From positions 52,462-116,461 of IMG/VR virus record IMGVR_UViG_3300012984_000014: a stretch of 64,000 bases of DNA; one strand, given 5' to 3'. The position numbers were made by a program, and so were the translations under genes. Below are positions 52,901 to 62,428 of this stretch, one piece after another. Position 1 is the first letter of the stretch; the number at the start of each line of letters is the position of its first letter. The stretch is from a virus. The notes below the pieces were generated by a model. The model was not told the origin of the DNA and ran no database searches. It saw only the letters and a list, made by a program, of their open reading frames with translations.

Positions 52901-53369
52901 CGGCGAGGCGCGGCTGGACAAAAAGACAGCCAATTTGGTTGTAAAAATGCTGGAAAGTGGCGACAATCCAGCAAAAGTGGCCAAAGATCTGGACATCGGC
53001 TACATGTCCGTGTACAAGATCGCCATTGGCAAGACGTGGAAGGGCATCACCGGAGGCCGGCGCCTCATCGGCGAGCGGACCACGCGCATGGGGCCGAAGC
53101 ATCGCGAATTCGTACGCAAGGCGAAGGCGCTCAACAAGACCAACGCCTTCATCGCGCGCAAGCTCCGCGTCAGCGAGACGACCGTGGCGCGTCTCGTTCG
53201 GGACAATGAATTGATCGACGCCCACCGGCTACGCGCGGCCGTGCTCTCTTCCGGCGATCAGGACTCGGCGGCGCGAGCCGTCGGAATCAAACCAAAGAAG
53301 GCGGACGCGCTCTTGCTGTTCGCCGTCAACAACCCGCTCCCAAAGCGGCTTCAGGAGTACGTGGAATGA
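52863..53369 (+). CDS. double-HTH DNA-binding protein
   Basis: KVAKDLDIGYMSVYKI..GKTW and FIARKLRVSETTVARL. Confidence 0.65.
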   Translation: MTKTTDSSSSPSSGEARLDKKTANLVVKMLESGDNPAKVAKDLDIGYMSVYKIAIGKTWKGITGGRRLIGERTTRMGPKHREFVRKAKALNKTNAFIARKLRVSETTVARLVRDNELIDAHRLRAAVLSSGDQDSAARAVGIKPKKADALLLFAVNNPLPKRLQEYVE

Positions 53370-53560
53370 TAACCATGGAGGTGTATCAGGATCGAAACGG
53401 CCATTGGCGGGTTCGTGTGACGGTCCGATCGCCCGATTGGGAAGGAATTCCGTATGCGGCTGTGCCGTATCTGATTGGGACTACGAAACCGGCCGTTCAA
53501 AGGCTCCAAGCGCTTCTGAACGCAGACGAATTGGCAACAAAAATGACTCGGAAGGCATAG
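53366..53560 (+). CDS. hypothetical protein
   Basis: ATGA overlap. Confidence 0.55.
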   Translation: MITMEVYQDRNGHWRVRVTVRSPDWEGIPYAAVPYLIGTTKPAVQRLQALLNADELATKMTRKA

Positions 53561-53564
53561 AAAA

Positions 53565-54056
53565 ATGGCTGAAAGCGAAGCGAACGAAGAGAAGAACATG
53601 GAGTTTTCCACCGAGGAGTTCAAGCAATTCCTCGATCAACTCAAGCTAGTCCTGACGGACACGTGCAGCGAGGCGCTTCAGTTCGTGTTCAATCAGACGT
53701 TCCCGCCGCTCGCGGAACGGATGGAGATGATTGCCCAAACGCAGCTCGTCCTCGTCCGGGCCCTCCGGACCAATCGCAGGGATGCCAACGCGCTCGAATT
53801 CGCCAAGTTGTTCATCAGTCGTGAGCTGGACAAGGAGGGCGGCGGCGTGCCTAGCCCGCCACACATTTCCGCCATGGCGTACGCGATGGCAACAGAGATG
53901 GAGGTTCACGCGCAGGTCAATGACATGCAGTCCGAGGCCAAGCAAAAGAACCTGGAGCAGCACGTGGAGGCCGCCCCGCCCAAAACGGACACTTCGACCC
54001 TCGTCAACAGCTTCTTTGGACGCGACAAGGAGTCCAATAAGGGCAAAAAGCACTAA
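53565..54056 (+). CDS. hypothetical helical protein
   Basis: 163 aa; tandem packing. Confidence 0.6.
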   Translation: MAESEANEEKNMEFSTEEFKQFLDQLKLVLTDTCSEALQFVFNQTFPPLAERMEMIAQTQLVLVRALRTNRRDANALEFAKLFISRELDKEGGGVPSPPHISAMAYAMATEMEVHAQVNDMQSEAKQKNLEQHVEAAPPKTDTSTLVNSFFGRDKESNKGKKH

Positions 54057-54065
54057 GATAGCAGG

Positions 54066-54743
54066 ATGGCGTTGTTGAAGCGACGAGAAGCACTGGAAGC
54101 GGCGGCATTCATTTACGAGTGCCGCATCCGCGGCAAGCGCGACAAATACATCCAGGAAGAGCTTGGGTTCAACGCAGAGCAGTACAACGAGGCCTGCAAA
54201 TTCTTGTTAGAACATCGCTCGGAACAAATCCGGGAGATGCCGCGCGAACACGTTTATGTCGAATACGTGATCGATCAGAAGAAGAACATCAAGGACCTCG
54301 ACAGCCTGATCAAGAACCTGGACGCCAACAGCCAATACAACGCGCTCATCGGCGCCATTCGCCTCCGCTCTGACATCCAGAACAAGATCTTGGACCGTGC
54401 CCAAGAGTTTGGCTTGGTGAAGAAGGAGGCGGAGAAGCGCGAGCTCATCGGTGGAATCGCCATCTTTGAACTCGGCGCGGACGACCTCCGGAAGAAGATC
54501 GTTTCTCATACCAAGAGCCTCGCCGACGTCATGCGAGACTATGGCGAGAAGGACTTTTTGCGTCTTCCCGCGCCGGAGCTGCACTATGGAGAGTCGGCTT
54601 TCGATACGACCGGGGAAGCCGTCGATTCAGCTGAAACTGATGACGAGGCCGAACTAGAGATGCCATCACGTCGCGAATTTGCCAAGGCTGCCGCGCGCGA
54701 CGCAATCAAGAAGACAGCCAAAGTAACGGCCAAAGCAAGGTAA
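54066..54743 (+). CDS. probable terminase small subunit
   Basis: N-terminal HTH-like segment, helical oligomerisation-type middle; lies upstream of TerL. Confidence 0.45.
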   Translation: MALLKRREALEAAAFIYECRIRGKRDKYIQEELGFNAEQYNEACKFLLEHRSEQIREMPREHVYVEYVIDQKKNIKDLDSLIKNLDANSQYNALIGAIRLRSDIQNKILDRAQEFGLVKKEAEKRELIGGIAIFELGADDLRKKIVSHTKSLADVMRDYGEKDFLRLPAPELHYGESAFDTTGEAVDSAETDDEAELEMPSRREFAKAAARDAIKKTAKVTAKAR

Positions 54744-54745
54744 AG

Positions 54746-55825
54746 ATGCACCCGAAAGACCGAGCCAAGCGCGCAATGCGCGAGAAATGCACAGATTGCA
54801 ACGGGCTCGGTCACGGCCAAGAGTTTTCGCTCAAGCCTTGCGAGAAGTGCGAAGGGACCGGCTGGCAACGCATCCGCTGCGGCCAATGCTGGACCTGGAG
54901 GGCGCCCGGATTCTTTAAGGGTAAGAAGAACAACCTTACGCAGCGCTGCCACATCTGCACGAAGAAGTACGCCAACTGGGGATCGAAGTCTCTGGAGGAG
55001 CGCGAGCGCGCGACCTCCCCGCGCTCGGGAATCAGCTCCTCGGGGCCGCTGCGGGTCCTGTTCGTGCGCGAATCGGGGAACCGAAAGACAGGTCCGATAC
55101 CCGTCACAATGACCGCCGCGTCGACCTGCCCGCCGTCGTGCCCGCTGATGAATCGCGGCTGCTACGCTGAGCAGCACATGGTTGCCATCCATTGGCGACG
55201 CCTGAGCGCAGGCGGTGGCATCTCGTGGCAGGAATTCCTGAAGGAGGTCCGAGCGCTTCCTAAGGGCCAAATCTGGCGCCATAACGAAGCCGGTGACCTC
55301 CCAGGAGACGGCGAGGAACTTGACAAGCCCAAGTTATTGGAGCTGATCAAGGCGAATCGGGGCCGGCGCGGCTTCACCTACACTCACAAGTCACTGAAGC
55401 ACGCAAACACATACAAGGCCGCAACCATGCTAGGTTTCACGGTCAACATCTCGACCGACACCCTGAAGCAGGCCGATGAAGCGGCCGCGCTCGGGCTCCC
55501 GGTCACGACGGTCCTGCCACACAACGCTCCCAACAAGGGGAATCGGACGCCCGCGGGCCGCCACATCGTCGTCTGCCCGGCGGAGCTTCGGGACGAGGTG
55601 ACGTGCGAGCGCTGCAAGCTTTGCGCCGTCGGATCTCGCAAGTCAATCGTTGGCTTCAGAGCTCGGCGACCGAAAGAAGCAGATCACCGAGCGCCATCGC
55701 CAACTGCCGTTGATCACCTAGCGCGTACGCGCGGGCGCGCTCCGGGCGTACTCTCGGACTTCACACAACGGAAACTGTCTCGAAGCCTCACAAGGGCGGG
55801 TCGCCGGGTTGAACGGTTCGGATGA
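54746..55825 (+). CDS. Zn-finger-fused Gp88/DUF7227-like Fe-S protein with probable 3' frameshift
   Basis: SGNRKTGPIPVT, TCPPSCPL...GCYA, WRHNEAGDL, GFTYTH, VVCPA, TCERCKLC; frameshift suspected near 55664 (alternative stop 55721). Confidence 0.6.
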   Translation: MHPKDRAKRAMREKCTDCNGLGHGQEFSLKPCEKCEGTGWQRIRCGQCWTWRAPGFFKGKKNNLTQRCHICTKKYANWGSKSLEERERATSPRSGISSSGPLRVLFVRESGNRKTGPIPVTMTAASTCPPSCPLMNRGCYAEQHMVAIHWRRLSAGGGISWQEFLKEVRALPKGQIWRHNEAGDLPGDGEELDKPKLLELIKANRGRRGFTYTHKSLKHANTYKAATMLGFTVNISTDTLKQADEAAALGLPVTTVLPHNAPNKGNRTPAGRHIVVCPAELRDEVTCERCKLCAVGSRKSIVGFRARRPKEADHRAPSPTAVDHLARTRGRAPGVLSDFTQRKLSRSLTRAGRRVERFG

Positions 55826-55858
55826 CCTCCAAGAGACATTCTTCCACAGGAGGAAGTC

Positions 55859-56164
55859 ATGAGTTCAGGCGCGCGCAAAAAGTATCGTGGGAGTTTCATT
55901 GGCACCGGTGCCCAGCTGGACATCACCGTGATCGGTTTCCGTCCCAAGGAAGTCTATCTGGAGAACGTCGGCGCAGGCTTGTCGGTCGCCCATTGGCAAG
56001 AAGCCTTTCCGGATGGCTCGATGACCAAGGAAGTTACGGCCGGCACGATGTCGTACGTGACTGGTGGCAACGGCATCACGCCGTTGTTCAATGGTTTCCG
56101 CCTCGGCGCGGACGCCAACTTGAACATCGCCGGACAGCAGGTCTTCTTCACCGCGGAAGAGTAA
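55859..56164 (+). CDS. probable virion structural protein
   Basis: AGGAGG SD; Gly/Thr/Asn-rich beta pattern (G.F.GTG..GF.P...NGIT...GF.LG.D..LN). Confidence 0.5.
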   Translation: MSSGARKKYRGSFIGTGAQLDITVIGFRPKEVYLENVGAGLSVAHWQEAFPDGSMTKEVTAGTMSYVTGGNGITPLFNGFRLGADANLNIAGQQVFFTAEE

Positions 56165-56255
56165 GCGGCTACGATAGGGGCGAAGGCGACCTTGTTGCGC
56201 CGCTGGTGCCTCCGGGCCCATCAAGGTCGTCTTCCAACCCCAAGGTGATAGCCCA

Positions 56256-56687
56256 ATGCGAACCCAACAATCTCCGAAGCGCTCCCCCGAATACAACCTG
56301 GTTCGCATCGTCACCGCATCAGACAGTGCGACCGACTACACGAAGAAGTCGAACGGCTGCAACTTCGGCAGTTACTTGAAGGGGTGCTTCCAAATCATCC
56401 CCATCAATACGAACGCCCCGGGCGAGGTCGATGGCTCTGTGGACCTCGTTGCGGGCGCGACGAGCAACCCGACGATCGTTCTGCGATTCTGGAACGACGT
56501 TTTGGGCCGTTTCGTTCTTCACAATCCAACCATCGCGCCTGCCGCGATGGGAGCCGGGATTGGATTCGAAATGGACTTTGACGCGATTGGACGAATCGTA
56601 ATGCCCGAAGTCACGGGCGGCGTCAGCGGCGGCCAAGGCGTTCTGATCTTTGCTTCAGGGATCGGTCACAACGAGTCGACCGGATGA
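56256..56687 (+). CDS. probable virion structural protein
   Basis: Beta-rich Gly/Asn/Thr composition; near the packaging genes. Confidence 0.45.
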   Translation: MRTQQSPKRSPEYNLVRIVTASDSATDYTKKSNGCNFGSYLKGCFQIIPINTNAPGEVDGSVDLVAGATSNPTIVLRFWNDVLGRFVLHNPTIAPAAMGAGIGFEMDFDAIGRIVMPEVTGGVSGGQGVLIFASGIGHNESTG

Positions 56688-57172
56688 TCTTTCCGGAGAA
56701 GCCCACGTGCCACGACGGCGCGCGTCGCTGGGGGCCAGACCCTATCGTCTGGAGTCCGCCGCGAGTGGACAAGGAGTACGGCGTCAGCGAGCCGTTCCGG
56801 CGTTGCTCATACTGTGGTAGCATCCACCCCCAGGACTTGATAAAGCTCCTGGGCGAGGGCGCGGAACTTCATGGTGCTGACTGGAAGTACGGTTGGCCTC
56901 ACAAGTTCTACGTGGAAGGCATCCCGAACAAGACCGTGGAGTTGGTCGCCAAGGTCGGTTCCACGACCAAGGACGGCGTGACGACTCCGATGCTCGGCAA
57001 GCCTCCGCGCGAGTGCCATGTGAAGTGGTACAACAAACACATCATTGACGCAGGTTTCGACGACGAGGCGCGAAGCGCGCTCTTGTCCGTATTGGAAAGC
57101 AGTGGCATCGTCTTCTCCATGAAGGATGGAGAGCTGGTCTACCGCTCTCCGGGCCACGGATACCAAAAGTGA
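56684..57172 (+). CDS. hypothetical protein
   Basis: CSYCGSIHP...ADWKYGWPHKFY; ATGA/GTGA overlaps. Confidence 0.65.
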   Translation: MIFPEKPTCHDGARRWGPDPIVWSPPRVDKEYGVSEPFRRCSYCGSIHPQDLIKLLGEGAELHGADWKYGWPHKFYVEGIPNKTVELVAKVGSTTKDGVTTPMLGKPPRECHVKWYNKHIIDAGFDDEARSALLSVLESSGIVFSMKDGELVYRSPGHGYQK

Positions 57173-58635
57173 CAGTGTCTTCGCTCACCACCGCCAAGGC
57201 GCTGAAGAGCGCCGACCGAACCGAGCTGATTGCGAACTTCAAACACGTTCGCAGCATGGGCAACGAGTGGATTCGACGCCAAGTAATCCAGAACAACAGG
57301 ATTGACATCCTTGGCGAAGTGGTCCTGGGCCTTAAATTCCAGCCATTCCATCGCAACCTCCTCCGGTATCAGTTCCAACACCCGGACAATCTTCAGCTTG
57401 CGTTCCGCGGCGCGGGCAAGTCGACCTCGTGCACGATCACGAAGTGCATCCATCTGCTTCTGAAGGACCCGAATCTGCGGATCCTGATCGCCTCGAAGAC
57501 GGCCCAAAACGCCTCCGGCTTCTTGAAGGAGATCAAGAACCACTTCGAGTCCAATCCGCTGCTCGCCGAGATCTTTGGCGAGTATTACGATCAGCGGAAG
57601 GTCACGAAGTGGAATGACACAGAGATCGAGGTGCTTCCGCGAACGAAGCCGAACAAGGAAGCATCGATCACCTGCGTTGGCGTCGAAGGCACCATTGTCT
57701 CGAAGCACTATGACGTCATCATCTCCGACGACTTGGTGGACGAGGAGAACAGTCGCACCAAGGGCCAGCGCGACAAGACGCGCACGTGGTACTACCAGAC
57801 CCTGGACCCGACTCTGGAACCGCCTGACGGCAGCGTTCCGCACAGAGGCGAGCACCACCGTTTGGGCACGCGCTACCACTATGACGACCTGTACGGCCAC
57901 TTCATCGCGAACGAGCTGAAGGAGCACCACAACATCGTCCCTGCCTTGGACGATCGCGGCCGCTCTCCTTGGCCGGAGAAGTACCCGCCACGCTGGTTCG
58001 TCGAGAAGAAGCAGAAGAGCGGCCTCATCATTTTCAACGCCCAATACCAGTGCGACACTGAGGCGATGAAGGGCGAGATCTTCCAGATTGACGACTGTCA
58101 GATCTGCAACGAAGACGATCTGCCGCACAAGAGCGAACTTCAGATTTTCATGGGCGTCGACCTCGCGATTGGCGAAAAAGAGGTCAACGACAAGTTTGCC
58201 ATCGTGGTGATTGGGGTCACGAAAGACCGCGCCGCGTTCTACGTTTTGGACTACTTCGAGGGCCAATTGCGTTTCACAGCGCAAACGGACAAGATCCTGG
58301 AGTACAACCGACGCTGGGACCCCATAAGGATCGCCATCGAAACCGTCGCCTATCAGGACGCCCAATACCAGCAATTGAAGGAGCGCAATCCTGATCTCCG
58401 CGCGCGGCCGGTCAAGACTCACAAGGACAAGGTCACGCGCGCTCAGAAGCTCTCTGCCGTCTTCGAAGACAAGAAGATGTGGTTCAGAAAGAATCATCAA
58501 CTGCTGATTGAAAGCTTGGTTCTGTTTCCCAATGCGCCTCACGACGACTTGTTTGACGCTCTTGATTTGGCCGTATTGGCCTCCAAGAAAGGCAAACGCC
58601 GCGGACGTCGCGAGAAAGAGCCTGGGCTGATCTAG
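57169..58635 (+). CDS. terL: terminase large subunit
   Basis: FRGAGKST Walker A, HYDVIISDDL Walker B, GTRYHYDDLYG, FNAQYQC, MGVDLA, FPNAPHDDLFDAL. Confidence 0.93.
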   Translation: MTVSSLTTAKALKSADRTELIANFKHVRSMGNEWIRRQVIQNNRIDILGEVVLGLKFQPFHRNLLRYQFQHPDNLQLAFRGAGKSTSCTITKCIHLLLKDPNLRILIASKTAQNASGFLKEIKNHFESNPLLAEIFGEYYDQRKVTKWNDTEIEVLPRTKPNKEASITCVGVEGTIVSKHYDVIISDDLVDEENSRTKGQRDKTRTWYYQTLDPTLEPPDGSVPHRGEHHRLGTRYHYDDLYGHFIANELKEHHNIVPALDDRGRSPWPEKYPPRWFVEKKQKSGLIIFNAQYQCDTEAMKGEIFQIDDCQICNEDDLPHKSELQIFMGVDLAIGEKEVNDKFAIVVIGVTKDRAAFYVLDYFEGQLRFTAQTDKILEYNRRWDPIRIAIETVAYQDAQYQQLKERNPDLRARPVKTHKDKVTRAQKLSAVFEDKKMWFRKNHQLLIESLVLFPNAPHDDLFDALDLAVLASKKGKRRGRREKEPGLI

Positions 58636-58650
58636 CGATAGACTCGCCGG

Positions 58651-60516
58651 ATGGTCGAAGCAATTGACATCCGAGCAGCCAACGCAAGCGGGAATCAGGC
58701 CAACAAGGGCGCCCTTGCCGAGGTGAAGAAGCGTTCAGTTGGCGCGAGGATCATCGAGGTCAACACGACCAAAGCGAACGGCGCCACCACGTCGACCGCA
58801 GACCCGAATCCCACAGCCACGAACAGCGAAGAGCCGTTCACGGCCTTGTCCGACGCGGGCCGAATCATCGAACCTCCGTTTGACCTATTGACACTCGCGA
58901 TGCTCAGCGAGAACAGCAGCGAATTGAACCAAGTCGTTGAGGCGATGGAAGTCAACATCGAGGCGTACGGGCACAGGTTCATCTCCCGCCTGCGGACAAG
59001 CGCCACGGACAAGAGCGACATCCCGGACAATGTGAAGCCAACGAACGGCGAAGTTGAGCCGAAAGAGCTCCCGCCCGAGGTAATGGCCGCCCAAGTCGAG
59101 AACGCAAGGCTGGTCAACTTCTTCAACTACTGCACTGACGAGTCCTTCGTTGCGTTCCGTCGGAAGCTCCGCCGCGACTTGGAAATGACAGGCAACGCCT
59201 ACTTTGAAATCATCAGGAACACGAACGGCGAGATCCAAGCATTCACGCACATGCCATCGTATCAGATGCGCCTTGGCAGGCTCGATGAAGACCCACGTCT
59301 AGTGGACCGAAAGATTGTCGAGCTTCAGCCGGACGGCTCCGTGATCGTGAAGGAGATCAAGGAGTGGAAGCGATTCCGAACGTTCGCTCAAAGCCGAGCC
59401 GTTTACGGTCGAACGCTCCACACGCTCGGGAGCAAGGTTCGCTGGTTCAAACAGTTCGGGGACGCCCGTGTCCTAAACAAGGAAACCGGAGAATTTGCGA
59501 CTGAGGAGCAGCCTGTTCCTTCCGGGAAGGAAGCCAACGAGGTCTACCACATCAAGATCTACAGCGCGCGCAGCCCGTACGGCATCCCTCGCTACATCGG
59601 CAACCTCCTGTCCATCTTCGGCGACCGGGCTGCGGAGGAGATCAACTACATCACCTTTCGCAACAACAACATCCCATCGATGGTCGTGGCCGTCTCGAAC
59701 GGCTCGCTGACCCAAGGCACCATCGATCGCATCGAGTCCTTCGTGCAAAGTCAGATCCAGGGCTCGGACAATTACAGCAAGTTCCTGATCATCGAGGGCG
59801 AGCCGTTCGGTGACGAGGGCGAGGACGGCGGCCAGGTAAAGATCGATGTGAAGCCGCTGACGGCAGCCCAACACAAAGATGCTTTGTTCCAGAATTACAG
59901 CGACAAGAACCAGGACAAGATCCGCCGTGCCTTCCGCCTGCCGCCAATCTTCGTCGGGCGCGCGGACGACTACAGCAAAGCAACGGCCGAGTCGTCGCGG
60001 CGCGTGGCTGACGAGCAGGTGTTCAGCCCGGAGCGTGACGAATTCGACAACACGATGAATAGGATCATCTTCCCAGAGATGGGCATCGTGTATCACAAGT
60101 TCAAGTCGAACAGCCCCAACACGACCGACAACAGCGAGTTGGTGAAGATCTTGGCGGGCGCCGAGAAGACCGGCGGCATGACGCCTCGAATCGCTCGTCA
60201 CGTCCTCCAAGAGGTTCTCGGCCAAGACCTGCCGGAGTTCCCGCCGGACTTCAACGCGGACGTCCCCTTCAGCCTCACGATGGCAGAGGCCGTCAAGAAC
60301 ATGGCGGACCCGGCCGAGCCAGGCCAACAGGTAACCGCCATCAAGAGCATCCTAAAGGGCTTCGGCCTCGGCCCGGACGCGACTGAAGAGCTGCAAGTCA
60401 ACGATGACGATTCCATCTTGGACGTCGTTCGGAAGGTCGCAACCGTCCAGAAGAGTGTGGAGCGTCTCTGGAAGAAACAAGCGGAGGTCGAGAATGAACA
60501 AGGAATCACTGGTTGA
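58651..60516 (+). CDS. portal protein (PBSX-type)
   Basis: TGNAYFEIIRN, YGIPRY, FRNNNIP, IRRAFRLPPIFVG..DYSKATA; follows TerL. Confidence 0.9.
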   Translation: MVEAIDIRAANASGNQANKGALAEVKKRSVGARIIEVNTTKANGATTSTADPNPTATNSEEPFTALSDAGRIIEPPFDLLTLAMLSENSSELNQVVEAMEVNIEAYGHRFISRLRTSATDKSDIPDNVKPTNGEVEPKELPPEVMAAQVENARLVNFFNYCTDESFVAFRRKLRRDLEMTGNAYFEIIRNTNGEIQAFTHMPSYQMRLGRLDEDPRLVDRKIVELQPDGSVIVKEIKEWKRFRTFAQSRAVYGRTLHTLGSKVRWFKQFGDARVLNKETGEFATEEQPVPSGKEANEVYHIKIYSARSPYGIPRYIGNLLSIFGDRAAEEINYITFRNNNIPSMVVAVSNGSLTQGTIDRIESFVQSQIQGSDNYSKFLIIEGEPFGDEGEDGGQVKIDVKPLTAAQHKDALFQNYSDKNQDKIRRAFRLPPIFVGRADDYSKATAESSRRVADEQVFSPERDEFDNTMNRIIFPEMGIVYHKFKSNSPNTTDNSELVKILAGAEKTGGMTPRIARHVLQEVLGQDLPEFPPDFNADVPFSLTMAEAVKNMADPAEPGQQVTAIKSILKGFGLGPDATEELQVNDDDSILDVVRKVATVQKSVERLWKKQAEVENEQGITG

Positions 60517-60658
60517 TTGGGCTTCGAGCTGGGTCCCGGACGTGCCGGAAGGCCAGCGGAAACGCTTCGCAGAGGCCCTAGCAAGCGAGCTAGAGAACTG
60601 GGAGCCTCCGGCCCCGGACACGCTCCCGAACACCTCTGAGTTCACGGACCGCACTTGA
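60494..60658 (+). CDS. 54-aa hypothetical protein
   Basis: GGAGG SD before ATG 60494; TTGA overlap. Confidence 0.5.
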   Translation: MNKESLVDWASSWVPDVPEGQRKRFAEALASELENWEPPAPDTLPNTSEFTDRT

Positions 60659-61734
60659 ACGATCGGCTTGTAATTCTTGCAGCGCGCGCCGATTGTTCGT
60701 GCCTGCGCTTCGACGTCTTGGACCACTATTTGAGAGAGTCCGACGCTCTCATTTCCAAGGCGGTTTCTGTGTCAGAGGTGGCACAGATCGCACGCATCGA
60801 AGTCCGCGCGCGCAAGGCGCTCTCCGTGAAGTGGAACGCGCGCGCGGCGGAGGCGAGCGCGAGCGCGGGCGCAATCTACAAGTCGGGCGGAACGCTCGCG
60901 GCCGCACTTTCGGCTTGCGACAAGGCGATGAACAAATGGGACGACGACGTGCGCGCCAACTACGCACAGAGCTTGGAAGACGTGTACAAGCTCGCGCGCC
61001 GAGCAGCCCACAACAAAGCAACGGGGAAGTCGAAGGCGTCCCTTCAGTACAGCGTTCCCAGCATCGTCGTGGCCAAGGCAGCCCCGAAGAGCGGCGCCGC
61101 AAAAGGCTCCCTTCGTTTTTCCTTCGACGTGGTAGACGAACGCGCGATTGAAAAGCTTCAGAAGCAAGAGCTGTGGTGGATTGGAGACACCTACAAGCAG
61201 GTTGGCCCGACGATTCGAACGGCCGTTGAGCCCAAGGTGCTTGCCGGGCTGAGTCGCAAGGCCGGCGGCGAGATGGTGGCCAAGGCCGTCCAAGAAAAAC
61301 TGTATGACTTCCGCATCCCGGACGGGTTTAAGGGACCTTCAGAGCGCTACTTCGAAGGGTTGGCGGCCAATTCCGTTACCGCTGCGCGCGTCGGCGGCCA
61401 ACTCGGAAGCTTCATGAAACTTGGCGTCACCAGCTATGAGTTGGTGAATCCGATGGATAGCCGAACGTCCGACATCTGCGCAGAGTTGAACGGAACAGTT
61501 TTTCAAGTAGCGGATGCCGGCGCCCAACTCGAAAAACTCGCGGCAGCCCAAACGCCAGAGCAATTCAAGGCCATAAAACCTTGGCTAAGTTGGGACAAGA
61601 TCTCATCCCTTGCGTCGCGCGGAGCGGGCGCCCTGACGAAGGCTGGGCAGATGTTCCCGCCGTTCCACTTCCGTTGCAGAACGACGGTCGATGTGTCGTC
61701 AGAGTCTTTGTCGTTCTCGGCCCTGGAGGATTAG
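60655..61734 (+). CDS. head morphogenesis protein (Mu gpF/SPP1 gp7-like)
   Basis: MDSRTSDIC..LNG and PPFHFRCRT motifs. Confidence 0.85.
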   Translation: MNDRLVILAARADCSCLRFDVLDHYLRESDALISKAVSVSEVAQIARIEVRARKALSVKWNARAAEASASAGAIYKSGGTLAAALSACDKAMNKWDDDVRANYAQSLEDVYKLARRAAHNKATGKSKASLQYSVPSIVVAKAAPKSGAAKGSLRFSFDVVDERAIEKLQKQELWWIGDTYKQVGPTIRTAVEPKVLAGLSRKAGGEMVAKAVQEKLYDFRIPDGFKGPSERYFEGLAANSVTAARVGGQLGSFMKLGVTSYELVNPMDSRTSDICAELNGTVFQVADAGAQLEKLAAAQTPEQFKAIKPWLSWDKISSLASRGAGALTKAGQMFPPFHFRCRTTVDVSSESLSFSALED

Positions 61735-61768
61735 GCAAGGCGCGGCGCGCGCCTCTAACCTCTTATCC

Positions 61769-62410
61769 GTGGCCGAGACAAGAGAGCACCTGATTGCCAT
61801 CGCCGAGCTGGTTCGCAAGGGCCGCGTCCGGAAAGACGTGATCACGGCGCCGACACTCGAAACCGGCGGCAAGCTTGGACCGGCGAAGCTCAAGCCAAAG
61901 GTGACTGAGAAATGCGCTTGCGGGAAGAGCGCTGATCAGATGGCCAAGTGCGAGAAGTCCGCGGCGGACTGCTCGATGAAGAAGGCCCAAAAAAGCGCGG
62001 ACGCCGGGGAGGGCGTGACCGCGTTCATCCCGATCGCCAAGGCAATCGAGGAAGAGCAGACCGTCTCCGGCGTCGTGTTGAAGCCAGAGTCGACTGACGC
62101 CCAAGGCGACATCTACAGCTCTGATGTGATACGCGCCGCGGCGTTTCAATTCCTCGCCAACTACAACAAGAGCACCAAACTCGGCCACCAGCACAAGGAC
62201 TTCAAGAACTGGCGTGATCGATTCGCGCTCGTCGAGTCTTACGTGGCACCGATGGACTTCGTTTTGGGCGACACGCTCGTGTCCGCGGGCTCTTGGGTTA
62301 TGACGGTGAAGGTGTTGGACAGTAAGATCTGGGCAATGGTCAAGGCAGGAAAGATCACCGGCTTCAGCATCGGCGGGAAAGCTCGCGTTCAGAAGCTCGT
62401 GGACGACTGA
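61769..62410 (+). CDS. XkdF-like prohead serine protease (start uncertain)
   Basis: EEQTVSGVVL.P...DAQGD, GHQH, VESYVAP, GSWVM, VK.GKITGFSIGG. Confidence 0.85.
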   Translation: MAETREHLIAIAELVRKGRVRKDVITAPTLETGGKLGPAKLKPKVTEKCACGKSADQMAKCEKSAADCSMKKAQKSADAGEGVTAFIPIAKAIEEEQTVSGVVLKPESTDAQGDIYSSDVIRAAAFQFLANYNKSTKLGHQHKDFKNWRDRFALVESYVAPMDFVLGDTLVSAGSWVMTVKVLDSKIWAMVKAGKITGFSIGGKARVQKLVDD

Positions 62411-62428
62411 CCGAGACTGGAGAAGATT

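Noticed and set aside
62408-62410. Selenocysteine recoding of the protease TGA
   Set aside because: The position is a linker rather than a catalytic Cys site, and no SECIS-like hairpin was recognised downstream.
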